DNA of 64,000 nt from Pocillopora damicornis (taxonomy: Eukaryota), in assembly GCF_003704095.1 (NCBI RefSeq), contig NW_020844271.1:62001-126000 (forward strand), read 5' to 3'. The translations under genes and the position numbers were made by a program. The notes beneath the pieces were generated by a model that was given only the letters and a program-made list of their open reading frames with translations, searched no databases and had not been told where the DNA came from. Shown piece after piece: positions 26,620 through 49,747 of the stretch (the stretch's first letter is position 1; each line of letters opens with the position of its first letter).

Positions 26620-26730
26620 ACCGAAAAACCCTGAGGACATGGACGAGCACCAACAACAAACTCACCTCACATGTGAGGCCAGGCCTGGGAATCGAACCCC
26701 TGGACAAGGCGGTGAGAGGCACCTTCCCTG
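26620..26730 (-). mobile_element. SINE fragment with B-box
   Basis: Minus strand GGGGTTCGATTCCCAGG (B-box) followed by GAGTTTGTTGTTGGT...AGGGTTTTTC. Confidence 0.45.
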
Positions 26731-27197
26731 CTCCTCATTGTTGTTTTGCACTGGACGGCTGGAAAATGTGCAAAGGTTGAAACTACACGTGCAGAGCTAT
26801 TACCCTGCCGCTCATTTAATCTTTTGTTCCGCTACAACCCGTTGCTTGGGTTATCGTCGTGATTTCCAATTTTGAAAAGAAAATCGAACGCCTGATCGCA
26901 GGTCACAGAGATTGATCCGATTGAGTTTTATTAAAATAACGTGGTTAAAGACCGGGAGTTGGTGCAAAGGATTATTTAGCAAAGTGAAATTTAACAGCTG
27001 AAAACAGAGTTTGAATACCCGCCCATTTCAAGGGTCATTTTTACTGCGCATGTGTATTAGTGTTCGCGTGACGTAACAAAGATAAACAATATACAGTACA
27101 TGTTTCAATGTCGGATATGTCAGACGCTGACCAACAGCTAATAAACAAAGAGAAGATGAAGAAAACGTGACCTGAACAACATCTCTTATAATAACAC

Positions 27198-30040
27198 ATG
27201 GAGGATACGAGAGATCAAAGGTAGAGTAATAATCAAGTGGTTGAAGTTCTTTTTTAATCCATAGAAGGCTTTCTGAAGCAGATTGAGAATATTTTGTTTT
27301 TCTCTTGAAGTGTTGGCGGGAATGAATCAAGCGCTGGCGCCTGCAGTTGGATTAGTAGTTGGTTTACGTGGTCCCCGACCTCAGAGAAGCTGTTAGAGGA
27401 AGCAGAGTCTCAAATATTACAAAGTGAGGGTTCAGTGATCATTATTTCAGCGAAACTTTATGATGTCGCGATCAAACGAGTGAAACATCGCGTGTATTCT
27501 ATTGTCGCTTAAAAAGTTACGTCAGCGTTTTATTTATCTGTTTGTGTAGATTGTTCAAAGCCATCTCAAAGCTTTGACTAATTCATTCGCTTTACGGACT
27601 TCACAAAACTACGTACTGCAACATCCCTCATGTTTGAATTACTTCCGGGGTTTTTTCGTGCTGTACGTGTCCTGCCCTGCATAATAATTTCTATAACCAT
27701 CTGACCTTGAACTGCCTTCATTACATCCGTGTGCCAAAACTTATTACGTAACTAGATTCACGCTAAGAACGGGAAAGCACACTCCCTTGCATTGGGCTCT
27801 CCTAAAAGGTCATACTAAGCACATTTCTACTAAAGATATAATTTTTCAATTTTATGATTACTGCATCATCCGTGGTAAATAAAACATGACAAACAAAGTG
27901 AAAGCGGGGCTATATTTAACACTGTCTTCCTGATGAAACTTTCTCATAGAAACCCAATCCCATTATGAAAGCCGATTTGTACCGTTGGAAAATGGACAGA
28001 GAATATGGACATTAAAGTTCAATCCAAAAGCTAGCAGAGTACCATTGGTCTTGGTTCATGGGTTTGGAGGAGGTGTTGGTCTTTGGGCATTAAATTTTGA
28101 TGCCCTCTCCAAGAACAGGTCTGTTTACGCATTTGATGTGCTGGGGTTTGGTCGCAGCTCCCGGCCTCAGTTGAGTTCAGATCCATTGGAAGCTGAAGAA
28201 CAGTTTGTGGACTCCATTGAGAAGTGGCGAGAGAACGTCGGCCTTGAAAAGTTTGTTCTTTTGGGTCACAGCCTCGGTGGGTTCTTGGCAAGTTCTTATG
28301 CCTTGAGGTACCCTTCCAGGATCCAACATCTGATCTTAGCTGATCCATGGGGCTTTCCAGTGAAACCTACTGAAGATAATATGAATATACACATCCCTGT
28401 GTGGGTTAAATTCCTAGGAGCTGTTTTAAGTCCATTTAATCCATTGGCTGGATTACGTGCGGCTGGTCCATGGGGTGAGTAAATAAATAAATTGCGAAGT
28501 TGATGCTATTCTTTCAACATAGTGGATGCCAGCCAGTGTGAGACAAATCTTTTACATTGAATTACATGTCAGGGCCTCCACAGCAGTGGGGGTGAAAGCC
28601 TCCACCCCTAAGTCCTTCCCTTTGGGCAAGTCCCAAGATCTCATGAGTAATTCTCTTCACTGTCTGCCATAGAGTCTTCATGATGTTAGTTTGGAGAGTT
28701 AGGGATTGGATCAACTGTCAATCCCTGAATTGTTTTTTTCCTTTTTTCACATTTCTTGTCTGCTTGATATTGAAATAATATTGTAAGGTGAAATTCTGTC
28801 TCTGTGATTCATGGGAGTTAAAGGTTAAGAGGCTCTCCTTGGTATAAACCAGGTAAAGGCCTGACCTGAAAAGTGAGATCCTCATTGTCCCATACTTGAT
28901 GGTTGAAGCGGAGAGCAAAAGGCTATAACTTTATATTATAAATTATATTTTGATTTATTACATAATAATGAATGTTTGATATCACTTTTTCTTGTAATTT
29001 ATAGGTCCTTCTCTAGTGCGACAATTCAGACCTGATTTTCAAAGAAAGTTCTCAAGTATCCTGCCAGATGATACCATATTTAACTATATTTATCACTGCA
29101 ATGCACAAGTACCTAGGTAAGAGAGAGAGAATTGGTGATGAGTAAAAGATTTCTGTGATTTCCAACAAAAGGGTTTTTGTTGACAGCCGACTAATACCCA
29201 TTTTATTTAGGAATGGAGAGAAGCACTCCAATAGTTACATGTCTCCTAGAAGATAATATGCAGTGACCTCAACTAGGCAATGGGAAAGACACTGAGGAGT
29301 TTTATCAAACAGTTGGTTGTCCCTCATTCATTGCTCAGCACCTAATAAATGATTGTTATTATCCAAGTGCACAAAGTAGAGTACAAATCATGTGCAAATA
29401 GTGTACAAATATTCTGCAATATTTTACAGTTATTCTGACAGTTGGTTATTTTGTATCGTAAAAGACCCTGTTTAACCAGTTGGCTGTGTGCGCTACACTT
29501 CTCTATCTGCTTTGCTTTTTCCACCTTATGCAAAATCAGCTGAAAGACTTAGCAGAAAAAAGGCAGTTGGATAATAAATAACTTATTAGATGTTTTGGTG
29601 TGTAGTACTGCTGAGTATTTTTACGAGCTGTGCGATATCTTGACAAGCCCATAGGGTAAGTCAAAATATGGCACAACTCATTAAAATACTCAGCGATGCT
29701 TCACACCAAAACATCTAATGACAGAGATATATTTATTCTCTACAGTGGAGAGACAGCTTTCAAGAACATGACAATCCCATATGGCTGGGCTAAGCATCCA
29801 ATGATATATAGAATTGGTAATGTCAACAGAGACATTCCTATAACCATGATCTATGGATCAAGATCATGGATTGATCACAACACAGGGAAGGAAACCAAAG
29901 AAAGACGAAGTGGATGTTACGTCAATGTTCAAGTAATTACTGGAGCAGGACATCATGTCTATGTGGATAAACCTGAGAAGTTTAATGATTTAGTGGAAGG
30001 AATATGTCAAAATGTGGACAATGATGATAGTGAAAAATAA
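27198..30040 (+). CDS. ABHD4: ABHD4/ABHD5-family alpha/beta hydrolase, paralog 2 (5 exons)
   Basis: Exons 27198-27220, 27311-27423, 27950-28474, 29005-29116 and 29746-30040. Motifs [40 protein letters not shown] and HHVYVD. Intron positions and phases equal those of paralog 1. Confidence 0.93.
28631..28828. mobile_element. TTAA MITE copy, left end eroded
   Basis: Internal similarity to 23849-24048. Right end TGGGAGTTAAAGGTTAA. Confidence 0.65.
29585..29719. repeat. ~135-bp palindromic (fold-back) element
   Basis: Perfect 18-bp arms ATTAGATGTTTTGGTGTG / CACACCAAAACATCTAAT with inner arms GCTGAGTATTTT / AAAATACTCAGC. Confidence 0.85.
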
Positions 30041-31636
30041 TTTAGTTTGGTACATGAACATTCAGTCTGTAAATAAGGTTGCCTAAATGGTAGTGCTAAT
30101 TGTCAAGTTACCAATTCCGTTAAAATCTCATGTGATAGTGTGCTGCACCATTTGAAAATTTTGTGGGTTTTAATTTTTTCTGATGGTGCTAATAGCCCTT
30201 TTTAGATCAGAATTAGTCACAGGCAACCAGAAACATTACATGCAAGAAACATCAGAGACTGAGGTTAATAAGTTGGCCAGTTGTCTGCCAATTATTTAAT
30301 TAGCTAATTGAAAGACTTGAGGAAACTCAAGAAAAATTATATTTTGGGCTAGACTGTGATTAGAGACTGGTATCCTTGCTCAATTCTGGTGTTTAGTCAT
30401 CATCAATGAAATGCAATTGATCAGTTGAGAGGTACTTTTCAGCTCCTATTTGAAGTTACTGGTTCCTCTTCATAATCATCACATTGCCACATGAACAAAA
30501 TGGACATGGAAATTTGTTTACTCAGTGAAACTTGTTATATTTAAATTACCATTTATACCTGTAGATACTTATTGTCCTGTATACATTATTTAGTGAATAA
30601 TTCTTCACCTCTTGCTACACCATCTGGCTGAAATTACTACTAACAACTAAAAAATTTCATTCAATAAATTGTAAGTTAATTTAGGAGCGTAAACAGTTGA
30701 TGATGTAGTTTGTAATACCTTGGAATTAGCTAAGAAAATTGCACACAAAAGACATCTTAGATTTAATTCTCAATTTTAGCCATGTTTAACATGTTGAAAA
30801 TTTTGATGTAGGTCTGTGATTAGTTGTAATTATAGTATCATTTTTAAATACATCTTATAACGTAGTGTTATTTTCTAAACACTTTAATTCCTTTATGGCA
30901 AATTTAGTATACAGGCACATTTTCCTTGATATTTATTTTTAAATAAAGTAGCTCCAGCCTCTTTATTGTTCTTCAAATTATTAATATAACTAATATGATT
31001 AGGGGGAGATTAGCCTAAATGTTATTTTTTTAATTCAATGAACTCAAGGAAATGTAACTCAGAACAATCATAATATATTTGATATTGTATTCTGTGAATT
31101 ATAAAAGGGATGATGATTGATGATACATGTAGTTTTTATCGCTAATTGTAAAGAAGCCTAACTATGTCTCAACTGCATGTCACAAGGATCATTCTAGATT
31201 TCTGAGTGATGTTGAGATTGACCCACTGCTGGGAACTTTACACCAGAAAATGAATAACTCATTTTGTCACTTTCTGGATGAAAGTATGTAGAATTCTGAT
31301 GATGTTACATTTTTTGACAATGAAATTTTTTACTGCACACTTGTCTGGAATTTTCCCCTTACACTGACCACTATTTTGGAGTAAAATAACAATATTAAGG
31401 TCTTACAGTTGTACAGACTAGGATTGTCTAGACACTATTTCAGTTGATTAACTATCTATAATTTGCCTTTGCATGATTCAGCTTAGTCTGTTTCCCTAAT
31501 CAAAAGTACATATTAAATAAGCTAAGAAATACACTCATCAGTCAAGATCACCCATGAAAACTTGCAAACATGCTCCTCACATAGCTGCAATCCAGCATCT
31601 TCACTGATAATCTATAACTCACACTGAAGACAAAGG

Positions 31637-31736
31637 NNNNNNNNNNNNNNNNNNNNNNNNNNNNNNNNNNNNNNNNNNNNNNNNNNNNNNNNNNNNNNNN
31701 NNNNNNNNNNNNNNNNNNNNNNNNNNNNNNNNNNNN
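31637..31736. other. Assembly gap (100 N)
   Basis: Run of N. True size is unknown. Confidence 1.
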
Positions 31737-31771
31737 ACTTCATACACATCAGAAATCTTCTCCACTTACTT

Positions 31772-31977
31772 TTAAACCTTTTGACCCCTTGAAAGTAACT
31801 CAAATCTATTTCCTTACAATATCACCACTGGATACCAAATTAAGATCACCTCCTTAAAGGAAATTATCGCCAGTTAAAGAGGCCCTTCATTGTTAAATAA
31901 ATTCTCCTTGTCAGCACCTTAGGAAATGTCTAAAGAACAGCATGGAGACTACTGATCTAAGGACGTAAAAGGGTTAA
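31772..31977. mobile_element. TTAA-flanked MITE (subfamily B)
   Basis: TTAAACCTTTTGACCCC ... GTAAAAGGGTTAA. Shares CTTGTCAG(A/C)ACCTTAGGAAATGT with 15707-15915. Confidence 0.7.
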
Positions 31978-32238
31978 AGATAATTATTGGCAAACTTTGA
32001 AATATCTAAACCCTAGATTTCTGAAATAAATTTCAATTCCATATTAACCTTTCTACAACTCACGTGGGGAAAACTATGACATATTAGGGATTTATCCATC
32101 TTTAGAAAACCAAGACTTACCACTTATATAAATAAGTATAGTTTTAACTAGTTGGACTTTATATTTCTGGTCTTTTTACACAACTTTTCCATAATTAAAA
32201 GCCGACTGTAAGCTGTAACTTGTCTTGTGTATCCTCTT

Positions 32239-42395
<10,157 letters not shown>

Positions 42396-42636
42396 TGTTG
42401 GTTAGAACCTTGTCTCAGCTTCTTTTTGAGACGCCTAAAACTAATTAACACATGAATACACAGCTTTCCAAGAGGTTTTCAACCTACTTCCTTCATTTAA
42501 ATGAAGGAATTCGAGAGTGACATCTGCAAACCGCAAAATGCAGATGTGAAGGCAAAGGGAGGCGTTGACATAAGCCTGGTACTTAGGATTGAACAATTCA
42601 TGTAACGCTAAATGACATAGTAAATGAAAACCCAAC
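42396..42636. promoter_or_regulatory. Bidirectional promoter between copine and MRPS17
   Basis: Only 241 bp separate the two divergent start codons. YY1-like AACATGGCG overlaps the MRPS17 ATG. Confidence 0.7.
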
Positions 42637-43577
42637 ATGGCGCAGTTCGTGGGAACAGTTATTGGAACCAAGATGAACAAGACGGCAAAGATCTTGGTAA
42701 CCAGACTGGCCTTGTATAACAAACTGAAAACTGTAAGTTGGTGGCTTCTTTTCTTTTTCGTGAATTTTCACAAGGACAGTTTATATTTACTTTTTAGCTT
42801 GAACATAAATTTTAACCGTATCAGTTATGCAGTCATTGATCCAGATCGGATCTTCGGTAACATTTAAGTTAGTTGGTTTCCTTTGTTTTTTTACACATTT
42901 GTTAAGGATTTTGTTGGACACCATTATTAAATACAACCATAAATAGAAAGAAAGTGGAAATAAGTAACTTGATGTGTCTAGTTTGGGGAACACACATATA
43001 TATATATATATAAACCTGTTAAAAACTAATATTAAACGTATGATTGCAATGAAGAAGTAGATCAGAGGAAGAATTGCTAAAAAAGCAAGCTTTTATGGCT
43101 GGCTGACCAGTATTAATTGTTTGAAATCTGATTAAAAGGTACTCTGAGACCCAGGTTAACTGCTTACAAAATGTGGATAAAATTAATGTGTTTCTTTGAA
43201 AATTGCTGCACAGAAAAGTTATTTTCATTGTTTTCATATTTTTTTTAACTTCAATTATCTTCATTTTTCGTTTTTTTTTGTTTTTGTTTTTTATTTTTCA
43301 AGTTCTTTATAGCCAAAATCTTAAGCAGGAAACAAAGTTGAAACTTTTAACCTGTTGATTTCATTTTTTCATTTTATTGTAGTTCTTCAATGAAAGAAAA
43401 GTGTACTTTGCCCATGATGAAAATAATGAGTGTGCAATAGGGGACCTTGTGGTCATCAAGGAATGTCAAAGATTGAGCAAGAAGAAATATTTTACTGTGA
43501 CAGAGATAGTTGATAAAGTCCCAAGAGTGGTTGATCCTGAGACTGGAAAGATTGTTTTGCAAGATAATAGAGAATGA
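42637..43577 (+). CDS. MRPS17: Mitochondrial ribosomal protein S17 (uS17m), 2 exons, 96 aa
   Basis: Exon 42637-42732 gives [32 protein letters not shown] and exon 43383-43577 gives [37 protein letters not shown]...VVDPETGK...*. uS17 motifs G-x-V...KMxKT and AHD...C..GD.V are present. Confidence 0.95.
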
Positions 43578-45206
43578 AACTGTTTTAGGTATAAATATAT
43601 TTTTTTACATAAATGGAAGATCACAGTATGGAGTATGGCAATAACTTCTGAATGTGAAGATGGGCAATTGAAGTCACATTTTGTTCTGAAAACTTTGACT
43701 CATCTTTGTTCAATTGGCTAGCAGTAATATTGCAAGGTGTCAAAGAGGTTTACAAGTTCATTTTGAAGTCCATAATTTTCTGTTATTTCTCCCTGAAAAA
43801 GTGAGTTGTTTCTGCATTTGCAGCAAGAGGGGAAGTCTTTAAGTTATCTACATGTAACCTTTTCGTGCTGGCCCCTAAGATTTTCTTGATCCACAATATT
43901 GGCCCAGCTAGCATCACTTTTTAATTATTCCCAACTTTTCACTTCATTTGAAGAAACAAAAATTTGAAAAGTCATCAAATAAATCATTTAGAACAGTAAC
44001 ACAATTCATTAAGGGAATTCTATCAATGAATTAACTAGCTGAGTGAAGAAATCAACTTTAATGCTAATAACGCCTTTTACTACTTTATTTCCTCACACTT
44101 TACCCACAGAATTGTAAAAATGTATTAGTAGTTCATGAATTAAATCCTTGAATTAAAATCAACTGCTTTTATAAGGTTGTTAATTTTACTTTGTTCCAAT
44201 TTTGCAACATAAGATACAGAGTGATGAAAAAAATTTCTTTGTTTCCCTAACCTCTAGTCTCTCCTCCCACTCTCAGTTATCCCAAAGGCTTACAGAAGAA
44301 TGATATTCTGAACACTAAGAGTGTACTTTTTTCTTCTTGATTTAATAAACTCTCCCCTGAGAGTTTGAAAAATGGCATTTTCAAGCTCTTAAAAATGCAT
44401 TGTACCGTAATTTCCATAAGATGCCCACGGACCCAATCTCAAAGTGATTCGGTGCTGTAGTTTCTACCTTTTCCTCAAAGCGTGTCCAAGATTTCTTGAA
44501 GATAAGTTGTCCTAGTAAGAGAAGAGCAAAGTAAGCATACAATTTACTGTTGGGAAGTTTCACTTCTCGGTTAGGCTTTTAACACTTTTTTGAAATGTTA
44601 AACAAAGATAAGGAACTCAATAGTCCTATTTTCTGCCGGCAATTTGTCGGGTATACTAATCTACAGAAAAAAAATTTAACTCACTAGCGACCGAAGACTG
44701 CATATGTACACCCCTTCCCCACCCTAGTAAAAAATTAAAGCACAGCCGCGGGCGCACGGCTTTTTCCCGCCAGTTTTTAAGACTGCAAGTTCGCTCGATG
44801 TCATAATAAACCTCAGAAATATTCCGTTTTGTCAACCGATTTCTTCGAAGAAAGGAACCTTTTTTTCTAGAATCGAAACTGTCTTTAGGTCTGAATTTTT
44901 CTCTGTGTTAAACTGTAGTGGTATGACCAAGAAGCCCCGAGATGCCATTTGCAGGAAACCCTCTGCTTTAGATCAACTACTTCTGCGAATATGAGGCAAT
45001 GTTTTGTTTACGTGGATACTTTGACTAGTTCGAAGAACACCTAGCCAAACAGCTTCAGCACACAGTTTCCCTTTGCTTTGGATATCGTTGAATACTGCGC
45101 ATCCTCCTTTCCTAGAACAACACGATTTCATTGTCATAATACATTGAAAGAGAGCTCAGCTTTGATTCAAGTCGCAAGATTGGTCAACTAGTGAAAATTT
45201 TGGGAA

Positions 45207-48200
45207 ATGGCAGATTGGGTCCATTGCAATAGCTGCTATGTTCGACCTGGAGGAGGAAAATTATTTTCCCTCACGAACTGTGGTCACATATATTGTGCAG
45301 ATTGCCTACAAGGTGAATTAAGTGGAAAACAATTGTACCTAGAGATCTAAGCTTTAATATAGCGTGAATTAAATTTATTGTTTACGCATTTTCATCGGTT
45401 TGCATCGTCTACAGCAAACCCTGATCAGTGCACAATATGCAGGAGGGCATGCAATTCAATCGTTTTATCATCGCAGGTAAGCTTAATCAAGCATTCAATA
45501 ACAACTTGGTTTAAAGTTATTTCTGAAGTGGTAGTAAAGGATATTAGCGGAAAACAGAAGATAGTTATGAAAACCCTGAGTGCTTATTTTTATTATAATT
45601 AATTTTTCTTTCACGTTAGATGAAACCTGAAGTTGAAATGTATTTTACCAATCCTATCGATTTATCCAAGAAATACTACACGCAGTTGTCTCAGGTAAAA
45701 CATTCCCAAGCTGATAATGGAATAAAATACATTATTTCTCCCAGTTTTACGATATCTATATTATGTAAGGGGAAAATAAAGATAGACAACTTTAGTTATT
45801 CAAAGCCTTTGCACAAGTTAAACCAACCCAAACAAGAGACTTCTTAAAATGGTGAAATTTTTTTATTTTTTATTTCTTAAGTATTTGTATCATATTGCCA
45901 ATTTGAACAAAACCACTAGGGTACTATACTTTGATTTCAACGTGAAAAGGCCATGTATTGGTAGCTGTCAAACAAGGGAATGCCTTCCTCGAGTCTAAAA
46001 AGTAGAAGGCTACCCTTGAAAACTGGTGGAATTTTCTTGTCATTTTATACCAGGTGCTGGAATTTCAGAAAAGCCACAGAGAACGACTAGCAGCAAATAT
46101 CGAGAAAAAGGTACGATCTATATGTACGTCCGTAGAAAAAAAGATGATTGATCCTTTTCCTCTGTATATGTTTTATAGCTGCGAGGATCCTGCGAGAGTG
46201 GCCAGTTTTCTGCCGTTTGACTCATGCCTCTTTTTACGAGCACGCGATATCTACTTGATTTTATCTTCAAGGTTTTAGCAGCGGAGAGGCTCCAGCGACA
46301 CATGTCCAGACTACAGGAACTTGAACGGTATTTAAAGTTCTATATGTTCCAACTAAATAAATCTTTAACAGAGGTTGGAAATGCTGCTTTTTAACCAGAG
46401 GTACGAATAAACTTTGCGGCGAATGCAAAAAATTTGACTTTTAAATGATGTTGAGGGGAGCTTGAATAGCATTCAAATATCAAAACTTATAAGCTCTGCT
46501 AAAATGTTCATTTGAACTAAACTAAACAATTCTCTGACACAGTAACTAGGTTCCCAGCAGCTTAGGGGAATTATTGCGTTCATAGTTCTACAATGACCTT
46601 GAGAAGTTCTACCGAGCTGACTATTCATTCAGATAGTCCAGTTCCAGTCTGTACCGAAGAGGACTGACTGTCGAGTTTGCCTTTCTTGTGTAGTACTAAC
46701 GGTCTCTTTGTCTTGCATAGGGAAGTTGCTGTTCTTCAAGAGGAGAATGTTCACCTCAAGAGACTGCTTGCCAATAATTCTAGTAGACCTGGAACACCGC
46801 ACAGTTATAGGAATTCACCAGGGACAACACCAAGAAGGGGTACATAACTGACCTGTATTTCCCATTTGAAATAAAAGCTTTTTTTTAAAATTTTTTTCGA
46901 AGGGGGGAAACAGCGTAAATAATCACTTATTGTTCGCCTTACAAAGATCTGTCTCTATTTACCTATTTTAATCACTGATACACCCAGTTCATATTATTTT
47001 AACTGAACCACAAAGCATGTAGCTTCATGCGATTGAATTTCGTTTGAAGAGTTATACTTGAAGTTAATCCCCTCTTTTCTAATCGTATATAAAAGGCCAT
47101 ACACCATCTCCGACTTGCAGTCAGTACTCATCCTCACCTTACGGAAGGACCACACCTAACAGGTAAATTTGGTCTTTTTAGTTCTTTTTCTTCGCGTGTA
47201 ACTTATTTGTGAGGGTCAATCTAATTCATCTACGAGCCAAACTAGCCTTTAGCTAGGTTATTCGGCGCGAAAGATGATCTTGCGCTCTTTTCTCTTTCTT
47301 TTATTCGATTTTTGAGCATCAACCTCCAGCACGGCTTTTGGAGCTCAACTTGAGGGCATGTATAATTTCCGCTGTTTTCTTATAATAAAGCAGGTAGATT
47401 CTTATCCGTGAGGCTCGCTAGAAATAATCTTTCTCTGCTGAGATATGGGGGTCATAGGGGCTTCGCAATCGATTGATTTAGGACAAAACGTTCCATGAAA
47501 AGTTGTATTTGCCCTCTGATCGTTGTTTTTGCTTCAAAAACGATGTCTCTGTGTAAGTTTCTTATGGCAAACGTTTGAGGTCACGAGTTGTTATATGAAG
47601 GTATTACGTTTAAACTGCCTAATTTCTTGCAGTTCTCAAAAAGAAAACAAAGGGTCACATCATTGGCAGGTACGATGTATTTCAGTTATTGCTCCGTTTG
47701 AGCTGCATTTCTATTCATTTCCTCTTTTTGTGAAATTTCAGAACCAGTTATCCCGCCCTGCCTCTGGGCCAACGAGACTGTCAGTGAGAACTCCACCTTG
47801 CAATGGGTTCATGGGTAAACGTCATTTCTTTTTTCAATTTTGTAGCTTCCTTTCCTGTCTAAAAGATCTTGTTCAAACCCGCCAGTGATGTTAAAAGTTA
47901 AGCCAGGCTCTCTCAATGAAGCCAGATATACTTATGTTTTGATATGATTCAGGTTATTCTTTTCTTTTCTATTCAGAAAAATTAAACCAAAACATACCTA
48001 TATTATACCTAATTATACTATAAATTGTTATGCTATTTGCAGGTACTGTTCGAGGAACTCCATCCCCAAACAAGCAGGTTTTATCCCGTCCAGGATCGGC
48101 TGGAGGGACACCAGGAACTGTTTTAAGGTATCTCAAACTTACATCTATCTATTTTGAGCCAAGAGTTTACTTCATACTTACTACCGTATATTTGGACTGT

Positions 48201-49747
48201 CTGATTCAACATAGGAATGTAGTAGGCTTTCGAACCGTGACCTCAATCCTATAACTTTTCTTTCCCCTTGTGATTATTTTTCATGTCCACAGGAACAATC
48301 TTCAAGGAAGACACCTCATAAGGACAGCGAACACTCCTGGGAGTTATGAAGCGGCCACGCCATCAGGTCTAGGGGCAACCGGGGTTACTTGTTCCCCCAT
48401 GGCGATGTCATCACCTATCTTAACAACAAGGTCACTAGAATCGTTTATAAGCGTAGTAATTTTGCAACATTTGGTTTCTTGCACTCATGGATGATGCGAC
48501 GATCAAGGAATGAAATTCAAACGATTGAAAATGAGTAAAGTTTGCGAAGTAATAAAAAAAAGCACGCACCTATAGTTTCTACAACAAGAGAAACTATCAG
48601 AATACTTCAAAATACTAGATTTATGTAAAAAAGGATCTTTATGCAGAATACCTAAGGTTAACAATGTGATGACAAGGACTTGAAGAATCTCTGTGATTAA
48701 CCCTTTTCGTGGCTATGAAAATTCCAGGATCACTATTAACCCTCAGCTTTTTTTATAGCTTATTTTCAAAATAGCAAAGATCACTGACATCGATCAAAAC
48801 AGTTGGTCATGACTCCAATTTAGTGAGGCTTTCCCTAGAAGCTCTAATTAATGACTACGCAACTTGCTAAAAATTTAACCCTAAGCCTCATTGCACACTA
48901 CATTCTTTAGAATCTTTGTCGTCCTCTTAACATGTACATATTCTGTTGATCTGAGTGGTCCGCTCCCTAACCCTTTCACTCCCGAGATCTCACGGGTAAT
49001 TCTCCTGGCTGTCTGCCATATAATTCTAATGATGTTAGTTCTGAGGAATTACTACTGGAGAAAATGATAATCTGCTAATTAATATTTTTCTATTTTCTCG
49101 TCACTTGTCTGCTTGACATTGTAAGAAGAAATTCTGTCTTGGCCATCCATGAGAGGAGTTAAAGGGTTAAAAGAGAAGCAGGGGGTGGGGTGGGTGGGTT
49201 GAATTGGTTATGCGGACGTTAACATACATACTGCATGTAAGGCCTATTTGAATCTCCTATTTTTTCTCTACCATTCAAATTGCTCTCACATGTATACGCT
49301 TTTTTACGTATTTCAGATCTACTACAACAAGCAATAATAGGATAAGCAACAGATCACAGTATACAACTCCCTCTTCGTCTCAAGCTTCATCACAAAGTAA
49401 TATTTCGACTCAACTACCCGAGCGCTGCAGCCGTAAGTAGAATGTGACCCTCCAGTTAGTTTGCGTGAAAGTGCTACTGGATCTTTACAAAAAAATTACT
49501 AGAGAATTTTAAATGATAATGACTTTTTTCAGCAGAAGAGGATGAAATTTCCACACCCCCAAGTCAACTGGACCCTTCAAGACGACAAATACAGGTTTCG
49601 TTTGTGTGCCTTACCTTGACCTCTATTCTTCTTTGGAACTTGAATCAGTCATTTCGTTGTTTAAACTTTTTGTTTGTTTTGTTTTCTTTCCAACAGCTGA
49701 GATACCAGCCAAGATCAGCGATAATAAACAAACAACCTTTCCTGTAA
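45207..49747 (+). CDS. RNF212: RNF212/RNF212B (Zip3-family) meiotic RING E3 ligase, ~14 small exons
   Basis: MADWVHCNSC...FSLTNCGHIYCADC...CTIC forms a C3HC4 RING (exons 45207-45312, 45415-45476). Then MKPEVEMYFTNP...SQ-VLEFQKSHRERL, a coiled coil (EVAVLQEENVHLKRLL) and an S/T/P-rich tail. The 3' exons and stop are less certain. Confidence 0.85.
48967..49170. mobile_element. TTAA-type MITE copy
   Basis: CTAACCCTTTCACTCCCG ... GGAGTTAAAGGGTTAA. Internal similarity to 23849-24048. Confidence 0.72.

Noticed and set aside
22452-30040. Haplotype or assembly duplication explaining the two ABHD genes
   Set aside because: Exons differ at many synonymous and non-synonymous sites, and the introns and promoters do not align.
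30370-30378. U12-type donor-like GTATCCTT (also ATATCCTT at ~42041)
   Set aside because: Neither lies at an exon boundary on the coding strand. All reconstructed introns are ordinary GT-AG.
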